64,000 nt of DNA, from assembly GCF_032116555.1 (NCBI RefSeq), contig NZ_CP134949.1:868001-932000 (forward strand), written 5' to 3'. Below, piece after piece: positions 19,364-29,681 of the stretch. Positions within the stretch are counted from its first letter, which is position 1. Each line of letters starts with the position of its first letter. The notes beneath the pieces were generated by a model. It did not search any database and was not told the origin of the DNA. It saw only the letters and a list, made by a program, of their open reading frames with translations. Made by a program: the position numbers and the translations under genes. Origin of the DNA: Halorarum halobium (GTDB taxonomy: Archaea > Halobacteriota > Halobacteria > Halobacteriales > Haloferacaceae).

Positions 19364-20965
19364 TCACAGGAACGAGGGAAGCGCGACCGACCAGAGCACG
19401 AGCGACTGGCAGTAGCCGAACAGGAACGAGAGCCGCCAGGCCGAGTCGGCCCTCAACAGCCGGGAAAGCACCGCCGTCCCGACGAGCGCCAGCGCGCTCA
19501 CACCCAGCGGCGGCGGAGCCGTCCCGCCGGGCAACACGCCCTGTTTCCCGAGGCGGAGGTACACCGCGAGGTTGGCGAGGACGAACAGCCCGAAGCCGAC
19601 CCAGGGCGGCGCGTCCCGGAGCCGGGTGCGGACCGTGCCGGCGCTCGCCTCGCCGCCGAAGCGCCCCAGGAGGACACTGGCGAGGCGTGCGACCGCCGAG
19701 AGCGCCGTCCGCGTGGTGAGCAGGAACCCCACGACGAGCGGACCGGCGACCCAGGGCAACAGCGGCACCGTCACCGTCGCGGCCAGCCCCGCCGCGAGCG
19801 CGACGAAGCCGAACCGCGTCGCCCCGGCGGTCAGGCGCTCGACCGGGCCGGTCGGTCCCGTGCCGGTGTAAGCCGACGCAAGCAGGCGGTTCGTGCCGCC
19901 GCGTTCGACCCACGCGACGGCGGGGTCGGGCGCGAACAGCGGCGCACCCTGGAGCGCGTTCGACGGGAGTCGGGAGACGCTGCCCGAGCCGGTGGCCCCC
20001 CCGCCCCGAATCACGTACGCCAGGTCGTTGGCGCTGGAGCGGTCGCGGACGACCTGCGTCGCCAGCCAGCGGTCCTCGCCGGCCGCGACGCGGGGCGTCC
20101 GACCCGAGCCGAGGCGCGTCGGTTCGGTCCCGACCGGGCCGGCGTGGACGACGCCCAGATCCGACCAGACGCCGACCACCCGGTCGCCGAACCCGACGTC
20201 GATCGCGGCCGGCGGGCCGCCGCCAATGCCGCCGGAGCCGCCGCGCGCGTCGCCCAGCCGTTCGGGGTCGAACGACCCGGTCGGGGGGCCGACCGCGACG
20301 GTGGCGTTCCCGTCGTCGTTCACCCAGGCGAGCGCGACCCGCTCGCCGGCGGGACCGGCCGCGATCGCCGGGGAGTTCCGCCCGGTGGCGACCGCGTCGA
20401 GCGTCCGGCGTTCGACGCCGTCGGGACCGACGAGGCCGAGCCGAACGCGGTAGCTCCCGTCCTCGTACGCCCGCCACGCGAGCACCGTCCGGTTCGGGAG
20501 CGTCGCCACGTCGACCGACGCGACCCGGGCCGTGTCGGGGGCCGAAACCGTCCGCGTTCCGGCCCCGTCGGTCCAGAGCCGGACGGCGTCGGCCTCGCGG
20601 TCGATCCACGTGACCGCGACCCGCTCGCCGGTTCGAGCGACGTCGACCTCGGGCGCTTCGGCCAGGGTGGCGACCGTCGCGGCGTCCTCGACCGCGAGTT
20701 GGCCGTTCTCGGCCGCGAGACGGGCGACTCTGAGGCGGTCGCCGTCGGTCGTCCGCTCGACCCACGCGACCGCGCCGCCGGGGGGAGCGACGCTCCCGCC
20801 GGCCGCGACGCTCCCGAAGGTGGTTCCGTCATCGAGCGTCGCGAGTTCGGTCGGCTCGCCCCAGTCGCCGCCGATCTCGCGGCCGACGTCCGTGAAGGCG
20901 AGCTGTGCGCCGACGGCTAACGCTACCAGTACCAGGACCGAGAGGGCGAGAGCGCGGGGACGCAC
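19364..20965 (-). CDS. Hypothetical membrane protein: N-terminal signal/TM, repeat-rich extracellular region, about 5 C-terminal TM helices
   Basis: GTG start 5 nt after the dppF stop; recurring VAWVE/VTWID/LAWRA/LAWVN/GVWSD strands. Confidence 0.65.
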   Translation of the reverse strand: MRPRALALSVLVLVALAVGAQLAFTDVGREIGGDWGEPTELATLDDGTTFGSVAAGGSVAPPGGAVAWVERTTDGDRLRVARLAAENGQLAVEDAATVATLAEAPEVDVARTGERVAVTWIDREADAVRLWTDGAGTRTVSAPDTARVASVDVATLPNRTVLAWRAYEDGSYRVRLGLVGPDGVERRTLDAVATGRNSPAIAAGPAGERVALAWVNDDGNATVAVGPPTGSFDPERLGDARGGSGGIGGGPPAAIDVGFGDRVVGVWSDLGVVHAGPVGTEPTRLGSGRTPRVAAGEDRWLATQVVRDRSSANDLAYVIRGGGATGSGSVSRLPSNALQGAPLFAPDPAVAWVERGGTNRLLASAYTGTGPTGPVERLTAGATRFGFVALAAGLAATVTVPLLPWVAGPLVVGFLLTTRTALSAVARLASVLLGRFGGEASAGTVRTRLRDAPPWVGFGLFVLANLAVYLRLGKQGVLPGGTAPPPLGVSALALVGTAVLSRLLRADSAWRLSFLFGYCQSLVLWSVALPSFL

Positions 20966-20970
20966 GTCGA

Positions 20971-22007
<1,037 letters not shown>

Positions 22008-22011
<4 letters not shown>

Positions 22012-23291
22012 GGGGACTCACCCCCGTCGGCCGAGGCGGTCGCCTCGTCCCGCACGACCACCTCGAAGTCGAGCCCCTCGGTCAGTTCGCCGACGTACTC
22101 CAGGCACGCCGCGCCGTGGACCGACGGGTCGGACTCGTCCGCGATGGTGCCGTCCGCGGTGTCGTACAGTTCGGGGTCACGTTTCGTGCAGACCTCCTCG
22201 GCGTACGGACAGCGCGGGTGGAAGTTACAGCCCGGGGGAAGCTGGACGAGGTCCGGCATCGTCCCCGGGATCGTGTCGAGCTTCTCGCGCTGGTCGCCCA
22301 CGCGCGGGATCGACCCCATCAGCCCGACCGTGTACGGGTGTTTGGGCTCGTAGTACAGCTCCTCGACGGTCGCCTTCTCGACGGCGCGCCCGGCGTACAT
22401 GACCATGACGCGCTCACAGAGTTCGGCGACGACGCCCAGGTCGTGGGTGATGAGCTGGATGGCGACGCCGAACTCCTCGGAGAGCTCCTCGAGCAGTTCG
22501 AGGATCTGCGCTTCGATGGTGACGTCGAGCGCGGTCGTCGGCTCGTCGGCGATGATGAGCTCCGGGTCACACGACAGCGCGATGGCGATGACCGCGCGCT
22601 GTTGCATCCCGCCCGAGAACTGGTGGGGGTAGTCGGAGTAGCGCTCGGCCGGGTCGGGGATGCCGACCTGTTCGAGCATCTCGATCGCCCGCTCGCGGAC
22701 CGCCTCGTCGTCGAGGTCCATGTGCTCCCGGATCGCCTCGGCGATCTGCTCGCCGACGGTGTACACCGGGTTCAACGCGGTGTGGGGGTCCTGGAAGATC
22801 ATCGCAATCTCCCCGCCCCGCAGTTCCCGCATCGCCTCGGACGGCGCGGCCAGCACGTCGACGTGGCCGGCCTCGACGTGGAGCGTCCCGTCGTGGAACT
22901 CGGTCGCCACGTCGCCGGGGCGCTCCCTGACGGCCGCGCCGGGGTCGGTGCCGACGCTGCCGGCGTCGTCGCGGACCTCCTCGACGTGGATGTAGCCGTC
23001 CCGGCTCTCGGTGGCGACGCCCTCGGGGAACTCCCGGGCGAGCTTCGCGGTCGCCACCTCCGAGTTGAACCGGATGCTGCCGCCCTCGATGCGGCCCGGG
23101 CTGTCGATGAGCCGCATGAGCGAGAGGCTGGTCACGGACTTGCCGGCCCCGGACTCGCCGACGACGCCGAACCGCTCGCCGCGGCCGATGGTGTAGGTGA
23201 CCTCGTCGACCGCCTTCACCTGACCCTCCTCGGTGTAGAAACTCGTCTGGAGCCCGTCGACCTCGAGCAGCGGGGTGCCGGAGGCCGCCAT
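22008..23291 (-). CDS. dppD: Dipeptide/oligopeptide ABC transporter ATPase with a large internal insertion
   Basis: [36 protein letters not shown]; start MAASG at 23291. Confidence 0.92.
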
Positions 23292-24322
23292 CAGCGGACC
23301 CCCTGTTCCGCACTGCCACCGGTGTCCTGTGGGTCGAGCGCGTCCCGGACGCCGTCGCCGACGAGGTTGATCGAGAGCACGAAGAGGAAGATCGCGAGCC
23401 CCGGCGCGACGGTGATCCACCACTGCCCCTGGATGAGGCTCTGGCGGCCCGAGGAGAGCATGCTCCCCCACTCCGAGGTGCCCGGCGGCAGTCCCAGCCC
23501 GAGGAAGCCGAGCGCGGCCGCCGAGAGCACGATGGTCCCGACGCCGAGCGTCGCCTGCACGATGACCGGCGCGAGCGCGTTCGGCACGACGTGCCGGAAG
23601 ATGATCGAGCGGTCGCGCGCGCCGAGCGCCCTGGCGGCGGTGACGTACTCGTTCTCCTTGATCGAGAGGATCTCACCGCGGATCAGCCTGGCGTAGCCGA
23701 TCCAGACGACCAGCACCAGCGCGAGGATCAGCTTCCAGAACCCCTGGCCCAGCACCGCGATGAGCGCGATTGCGAGCACGAGGAACGGGAACGCGTACAG
23801 GACGTCGACGACGCGCATGATGATCTCGTCGATCCAGCCGCCGTAGTAGCCCGCGATCGAGCCGAGCGGGACGCCGACCGACAGCGCGATGCCGATGGTG
23901 ATGAAGCCGATCGAGAGGCTGAACCGGCCGCCGTACAGCACCCGCGAGAAGATGTCCTTCCCGGACCAGTCGGTCCCGAACGGGTGGGTCGCCGACGGTG
24001 CCTGGTCCAGCGCGTTGAAGTTCGACGCGCTCGGGTCGAACGGCGCCAGCGAGAACGGCTGGACGGTGATGCCCTCGATGACGATCGGTCGGGCGAAGAT
24101 CGTCGAGAGCGCCATCAGCGCGATGACCCCCAGCCCGAACAGCGCGGTCCGATTCCGCTTGAAGCGCTTCCACGCGCGGGCGCGTCGTGAGCGGGCGGTC
24201 GTGCTCTCTTCCGGTTCCCAGTCGAACAGCTCGCCGCGGTCGGCGAGTTCGGTCGCGTCGAACCCGGTCACCCGGATCCGGCCGCGGTCGGTCGTCGGTG
24301 ATCTGGATGGTTCGTGAGACAT
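23291..24322 (-). CDS. dppC: Peptide ABC transporter permease
   Basis: HPFGTDWSGKD; EAA loop EYVTAARALGA...RHVVPN; EWG. Confidence 0.93.
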   Translation of the reverse strand: MSHEPSRSPTTDRGRIRVTGFDATELADRGELFDWEPEESTTARSRRARAWKRFKRNRTALFGLGVIALMALSTIFARPIVIEGITVQPFSLAPFDPSASNFNALDQAPSATHPFGTDWSGKDIFSRVLYGGRFSLSIGFITIGIALSVGVPLGSIAGYYGGWIDEIIMRVVDVLYAFPFLVLAIALIAVLGQGFWKLILALVLVVWIGYARLIRGEILSIKENEYVTAARALGARDRSIIFRHVVPNALAPVIVQATLGVGTIVLSAAALGFLGLGLPPGTSEWGSMLSSGRQSLIQGQWWITVAPGLAIFLFVLSINLVGDGVRDALDPQDTGGSAEQGVR

Positions 24323-24323
24323 G

Positions 24324-25271
24324 TCAGTAGCGAATCCGTGGGTCGAGCCACGAGTAGGCGATGTCCGCGAGCAGGTTCGCGAACACGATCGTCGTTGCGA
24401 TGAGCAGTACGGTGGCCTGGAGGATGGGGAAGTCCCGCTGGTTGATCGCGCCGATGAGCAGCCGCCCGAGGCCGGGCCAGGAGAACACCGTCTCGACGAC
24501 GACCGCGCCGTCGACGAGGAAGGCGATCTGCAGGGCCGCGACGGTCACGACCGAGATGAGCGAGTTCCGCAACACGTGTTTCAGGACCACCGTTCGCTCG
24601 GACAGCCCTTTCGCGCGGGCGGTGCGGACGTAGTCCTTGTTCAGCTCCTCCACCATCGACGAGCGCATCAGCCGCATGATGAGCGCCGCGGAGGCGGTGC
24701 CCAGCGTGATCGCCGGCAGGATCATGAACTTGAACATCGCGAGCGAGAGCACCGGCTTGTCGGGCGGGATCACCCGGAAGAGGCCGAGCTGTACGCTGAA
24801 CACCAGAAGCAGCATCAGGCCGAGCCAGAAGTTCGGCGTTGCGATCCCGAGCAGCGCGCCGACCCGGCTCACCTCGTCGGCCGTCTCGCCCTTCTTGACG
24901 GCCGAGACGATGCCGGCGGGGATGCCGATCCCGATGGCGATCGTGAACCCTGCCAGACCGAGCACGAACGTGTCGGGCAGCCGCGCGATGATCGCCCCGC
25001 TCACGCTCCGGTCGGAGATGACCGACTCCCCGAAGTCCAGGAGGACGGCGTCCTTGAGCCAGAGCCAGTACTGGACGTAGATCGGTTCGTCGAGGTTGTA
25101 CTGTGCCTCGAGCTGTGCGCGCAGCTCCGGGGTCGCCTCCTGAAACTGCAGGATGTAGTCGACCGGCGTCCCCGGCAGCAGCTTCGTGAGCGAGAACGTC
25201 AGTACCGACACCCCGAACAGGACGGGGATGGTGACCAGCAACCGCTTGACGAGATAGCGTTGAAGTGACAT
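24324..25271 (-). CDS. dppB: Peptide ABC transporter permease
   Basis: DFGES, PNFWLG, DYVRTARAKG, VETVFSWPGLG, LDPRIRY. Confidence 0.94.
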   Translation of the reverse strand: MSLQRYLVKRLLVTIPVLFGVSVLTFSLTKLLPGTPVDYILQFQEATPELRAQLEAQYNLDEPIYVQYWLWLKDAVLLDFGESVISDRSVSGAIIARLPDTFVLGLAGFTIAIGIGIPAGIVSAVKKGETADEVSRVGALLGIATPNFWLGLMLLLVFSVQLGLFRVIPPDKPVLSLAMFKFMILPAITLGTASAALIMRLMRSSMVEELNKDYVRTARAKGLSERTVVLKHVLRNSLISVVTVAALQIAFLVDGAVVVETVFSWPGLGRLLIGAINQRDFPILQATVLLIATTIVFANLLADIAYSWLDPRIRY

Positions 25272-25296
25272 TGGAGAGACGGACGGGAGGCGGGCG

Positions 25297-27009
25297 TTAC
25301 TTGTCGACGTAGGTGAACGCTCCCGTCGGCGAGTAGACGCCGTTGAACTCCCCGCTGTCGATCGGATACGTCTGCCAGCCCTTCACCACGTCGGACCGGA
25401 ACGCGTCCATCGACTTCCCGTACCGGATGTACGTCATCGGCGCTTCCTCACACACCAGCTCCATCAGGTCCTGGTAGATGGTGGCGCGCTCGTCGAGGTC
25501 GTACGTCTGGAGCCCCTGCTCGATGAGCGAGTTCGCCTCCTCCGACTCGTAGTGGGCGAGGTTACAGCAGGCCGGCGTGAACTGGTCGGTGTGGAACAGG
25601 TTGTGGACGTACGCGTCCGCGTCCCAGCCCGCGGACCAGCCGAGCGCCATCAGGTGGTTCTGGTCGGCCGAGTCCTCCGCGAGCACGATGCCGGTGAACG
25701 TGTTCCACTCGTACTGCTCGAGCGACACCTCGAAGAAGTCCGTGCTGTTCAGGCTCTCCTGGATCAGCTGACACCAGCGAACCCGCTGGGGGTTCTGGTT
25801 GGTGATCATCGTCGTCTGGAACGGCGTCTCGACGCCGGCCTCGTTGAGCCCCTCCTCGAGGAGCGTGGCAGCCTGTTCGGTGTCGTAGCCCAGGTACTCC
25901 TCGCCCATCCGCTGGTTGAACTCGGTCGAGGTGAACTGGGCGGCCAGCGGCGAGATCGGCGAGTACGCCGGGCTCCCGATGCCGTTGTACACGGATTCGA
26001 CGATCGCCTCGCGCGGCACCAGTCGGGAGACGCCCCGGCGGACCTTCGCGTTGTCCCACGGGGAGACGTTCGTCGGGAACGCCAGAAAGTCGAACCCGCC
26101 CTGGGTCCGCTCGGTGACGGTGAAGTCCTCGTTGTCCTGCAGGTCCGAGTAGCTCTCGGCGGGCACGTTGTTGATCAGGTCCACGTCGCCGGCCTGCAGC
26201 GCGGCCAGCTGTGCCGACTGCTCGGTGATGACGCGGAACGTGACCGTCTCGATCGGCGGCTGCTCGGGCATCGAGTCGCTCCCGGTGAACCAGTAGTCGT
26301 CGTTCCGCGAGATGCGGAACAGCTCGTCGGGCTGGTGCTCCTCGAACACGTACGGGCCCGTCCCGATCGGGTCCTCGGTCAGGTCGAGATCGCCGTTCGC
26401 GACCGCCTCCGGCGTGATCGGCACGCCCGCCATCGCGAACTTGAGGGGGGCGTACTGGGCGGACAGCTCGACGTCCAGCGTGTAGTCGTCCTGGATCGTG
26501 GAACTGCTGTACCAGTTGTACACGTCGGCCTCGCGGGAGGTGCCCTCGTAGCGCTCGAACGTCGCCTTCACGTCGGCGGCGGTGAGCTCGGAGCCGTCGT
26601 GGAACGTGATGCCCTCACGGAGCGTGATCTGCCACATGAGATCGCCCTCGAGCTGCTCGACGGATTCGGCGAGCACCGGCTGTGGTGCCCCGCTGAAGTC
26701 CACCGCGACGAGCGGCTCGTAGACGAGCCCGAACGCCTTGCTCGAGGTGGTGTCGTTGGCGGCCGTCGGGTCGAAGTTCTTGACGTCGGCCCCGAACGTC
26801 GCGATGAGCTCCCCGCCCATCTGCACCGCGTCGGGGTCGGCCGGCGTGGGCGTCTCGTCCTCGGGAGTCGGCGTGGACTCGCCCGGCGTGTCCGTGCCGT
26901 CCCCGCCGCCGGCACAGCCGGCGAGCCCCGCTACGCCGCCCACGCCCAGCGACTGGACGAGCCGACGCCTGTTGATGTCGAAACGCTCTCGGGTGTCATC
27001 CTGAGGCAT
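25297..27009 (-). CDS. dppA: Peptide ABC substrate-binding lipoprotein (family 5), Tat-exported
   Basis: NRRRLV twin-arginine plus LAGC lipobox; LREGITFHDG, PIGTGPY. Confidence 0.92.
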   Translation of the reverse strand: MPQDDTRERFDINRRRLVQSLGVGGVAGLAGCAGGGDGTDTPGESTPTPEDETPTPADPDAVQMGGELIATFGADVKNFDPTAANDTTSSKAFGLVYEPLVAVDFSGAPQPVLAESVEQLEGDLMWQITLREGITFHDGSELTAADVKATFERYEGTSREADVYNWYSSSTIQDDYTLDVELSAQYAPLKFAMAGVPITPEAVANGDLDLTEDPIGTGPYVFEEHQPDELFRISRNDDYWFTGSDSMPEQPPIETVTFRVITEQSAQLAALQAGDVDLINNVPAESYSDLQDNEDFTVTERTQGGFDFLAFPTNVSPWDNAKVRRGVSRLVPREAIVESVYNGIGSPAYSPISPLAAQFTSTEFNQRMGEEYLGYDTEQAATLLEEGLNEAGVETPFQTTMITNQNPQRVRWCQLIQESLNSTDFFEVSLEQYEWNTFTGIVLAEDSADQNHLMALGWSAGWDADAYVHNLFHTDQFTPACCNLAHYESEEANSLIEQGLQTYDLDERATIYQDLMELVCEEAPMTYIRYGKSMDAFRSDVVKGWQTYPIDSGEFNGVYSPTGAFTYVDK

Positions 27010-27061
27010 ACCAACAAGCCACACCTCATATCGTAAAAGCCTTTTGAATCCATCAATCCGT

Positions 27062-27102
27062 CGAAATTCGGAGGATAAGAGCCCATAGGGGCCGAAATTC
27101 GG
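27062..27102. promoter_or_regulatory. Two CGAAATTCGG boxes upstream of dppA (putative operator)
   Basis: CGAAATTCGG at 27062-27071 and 27093-27102, 31 bp apart; palindromic CGAA-A-TTCG; AT-rich intergenic region. Confidence 0.5.
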
Positions 27103-27137
27103 GGATTATCTATTTGGTGAAATGGCCGTTTTAGTTA

Positions 27138-27743
27138 TTAAGCGTTGCCGCCATCGAGCAGCGCTCGCGTCCGTTCGTTGAGTTCGGTGAGGGCAGTTTT
27201 CGCCGGGTCCGGGAGGTCCGACTGCGGCTCGGCGAGGCCGGGCTGGCCGTCGGGGTCGGGCGACCCGACGACGACGCTGCCGACCTGGCCGGTCGCCTCG
27301 CTGAGCCCGAAGTAGTCGTAGACGCCCGCCAGTTCGAACGTGTACTCGAACGTCCCGCTCCGCTGCATGGCGTCGCTCGACCACGACTCGGCCGCCTCCG
27401 GGATGCGAAGCGGCGCGTCGTTGTCCGGGTGGTACGCCAGCGTCTGCTGGCGACACTGCGAGGTGACGCCGAAGGAGACGGTCGTGCCGGGCTCGACCCG
27501 GATCAGCGCGGGGACGAACTGGTACTCCCCGGAGGCGTCACAGCCCATCCCGACGGAGTCCGTCCGCGGCACGGCGGGTTCGGTGGTCGCCGGCGGGGCG
27601 TCGGTACCGTCCCCGGCTGGCGAGGTCGTCCCGTCGGCGTCGACCGACGACGTTCCCGCACAGCCCGCGATCGCCGTCGCTCCCGCGAGGCCGGCGGCTC
27701 CGATCGCCCGGAGGGCTCCGCGTCGCGTCCGTTGGCCGGTCAT
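27138..27743 (-). CDS. Halocyanin/plastocyanin-like Tat lipoprotein lacking the canonical type-1 Cu ligands
   Basis: TRRGAL plus IAGC; FVPALIRVEPGTTV, AYHPDND..RIPE, FEYTF..GVYDYF..G.VGSVVV cupredoxin pattern. Confidence 0.8.
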   Translation of the reverse strand: MTGQRTRRGALRAIGAAGLAGATAIAGCAGTSSVDADGTTSPAGDGTDAPPATTEPAVPRTDSVGMGCDASGEYQFVPALIRVEPGTTVSFGVTSQCRQQTLAYHPDNDAPLRIPEAAESWSSDAMQRSGTFEYTFELAGVYDYFGLSEATGQVGSVVVGSPDPDGQPGLAEPQSDLPDPAKTALTELNERTRALLDGGNA

Positions 27744-27805
27744 ACCCGGCGTTGGGAGGGGACGCCCATAAACGCAAGCACCGCGGCGTCCCGCCGCCGG
27801 CCGAC

Positions 27806-29443
27806 TCAGTAGCCCTGCGCGTTCCCGTCCTTCCGGGGCTCGGTCGCCGCCGAGAGCGTCCCGTCCTCGTTGCGAACGATCTGTGCGCCGCCGAACAGCC
27901 CCGCCGGCAGCGTCGCCACGTCGTGGCCCTTCCGGGCGAGTTTCGCGGCGACGTGGGAGTCGAAGTGCGGCTCCAGCGCGAGCGTGTCGTCCTCGCGGTA
28001 GCGCCAGCGCGGCCGGTCGAGCGCCGCCTGGAGCGGCAGGTCGTAGTCGACGAGGTTGGAGACGACCTGGAGGTGGCCCTGGGGCTGCATGTAGCCGCCC
28101 ATGACGCCGAACGCGGCCCAGTCGTCCGTCGCGTCGTCGTCGGGCGCGAAGTCCGCCAGCGCCGGGATCAGTGTGTGGAACGGACGCTTTCCGGGTTCCA
28201 GCGAGTTCGGGTGGTCGGGGTCGAGCGAGAAGGAGGCGCCGCGGTTCTGGAGCGCGATGCCCGTGTCGCCCGCGACCAGCCCGGAGCCGAAGCCGGCGAA
28301 GCGGGAGTTGATGTAGGAGACGACGTTCCCTTCGTCGTCGGCGACACACAGCAGCACGGTGTCGGCGTCCTCCGCGTTCGCGTCGGGGACGCCGAAGCTC
28401 ACGTCCCGGTTGGCACGTTCGCCGACCTCGCTCGCGCGCCTTTTCGCCCACTCCTTCGAGGCGAGGGGCGGGTGGTCCTCGAACTCGGGGTCGGTGATGT
28501 AGCGGTGGCCGTCGCGGAACGCGAGCTTCAGCGCCTCCGAGAAGTAGTGGACCCGCTCGGGCGAGTCGACGTCGTGCTCGCCCGCGCCGAGTGCCTCGGC
28601 GACGTTGAGCGCCTCCAGCGCGATGAGCCCCTGGTTGTTCGGCGGGAGTTCGAACACCTCGACGCCGTTGTACGTCGTCGACACGGGGTCGAGAAACTCC
28701 GGCTCGAAGTCTGCGAGGTCCTCGGTCGTCATGAACCCGCCGCCGGCCTGCACTTCCTCGGCGATCGCCTCGGCGACGTCGCCCTCGTACACGACGTCCG
28801 CGCCCTCGGCCGCGATCCGCTCCATCGTCGCCCCGAGCTTCGGGAGCGTGACGGTCCGGCCGGTCGCGGGGGCCTCGCCGTCGAACAGGAACGCTTCGCG
28901 TGCGTGGGACGATTCGAATAGCTCCTCGCCGTGCTGCCACTGGGCGGCGACGACCTCCGAGACCGGGTAGCCCTCCGTGGCGTACCGGATCGCCGGCCGA
29001 AGCAGTTCCGCCAGCGACTTCTCGCCGAACGTCTCGACGGTCGTCTCCCAGCCGCGGGCGGTTCCGGGCACCGTCACCGCGTGCGCGCCCGTCGCGGGCA
29101 TCTCGGCGTCCGCGGGGTCGACGTCCTCCCCCTCGGCGACCGCCTCGCGGACGTTCTCGATGGTGGCGTCGGCCGGCGCCGGGCCGCACGAGCGCATCGC
29201 GCCCACCTCGCCGTCGGCCGTGCGGTAGAGGGCGAACACGTCGCCCCCGAGGCCGGTCGAGGTGGGTTCGACGACGTTCAGCGCGGCCGCGGTTGCGACG
29301 GCGGCGTCGAAAGCGTTGCCGCCGTCTTCGAGCACGGAGATGCCCGCCTGCGACGCGAGCGGCTGGCTGGTGGCGACGACGCCCCGCTGGCCGTAGACCG
29401 TCGAGCGGCGCGAGGCGAAGCGGTCGAGGTCGGGTTCGCTCAT
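27806..29443 (-). CDS. ggt: Gamma-glutamyltransferase (Ntn hydrolase)
   Basis: GGNAFDAAVA, GLGGD, VPG, PPNNQG, D-T autocleavage site (ADTV), PGKRPFHT, GGYMQPQ. Confidence 0.94.
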   Translation of the reverse strand: MSEPDLDRFASRRSTVYGQRGVVATSQPLASQAGISVLEDGGNAFDAAVATAAALNVVEPTSTGLGGDVFALYRTADGEVGAMRSCGPAPADATIENVREAVAEGEDVDPADAEMPATGAHAVTVPGTARGWETTVETFGEKSLAELLRPAIRYATEGYPVSEVVAAQWQHGEELFESSHAREAFLFDGEAPATGRTVTLPKLGATMERIAAEGADVVYEGDVAEAIAEEVQAGGGFMTTEDLADFEPEFLDPVSTTYNGVEVFELPPNNQGLIALEALNVAEALGAGEHDVDSPERVHYFSEALKLAFRDGHRYITDPEFEDHPPLASKEWAKRRASEVGERANRDVSFGVPDANAEDADTVLLCVADDEGNVVSYINSRFAGFGSGLVAGDTGIALQNRGASFSLDPDHPNSLEPGKRPFHTLIPALADFAPDDDATDDWAAFGVMGGYMQPQGHLQVVSNLVDYDLPLQAALDRPRWRYREDDTLALEPHFDSHVAAKLARKGHDVATLPAGLFGGAQIVRNEDGTLSAATEPRKDGNAQGY

Positions 29444-29681
29444 GGTCGGAGATGGGGCGCGCGGTAAAAGTCACCACCGGCTCCGGCCGAATGGCCCCGT
29501 TCCCGGCGCGTGTCGACCGAGTCGTGCCGGAGTCTCAACATCGAGAATTTGTCCGGAAACATGAAACGGCCAACCGGGCCACCGTTCGGTAGTCGCAGTT
29601 CCGCCGGTCGAAACGCGGGCCGGCGGGCGCGCGGACTCACATGACGAGCAACACACGACCCGCACGACCGAGGAAGAGCCG

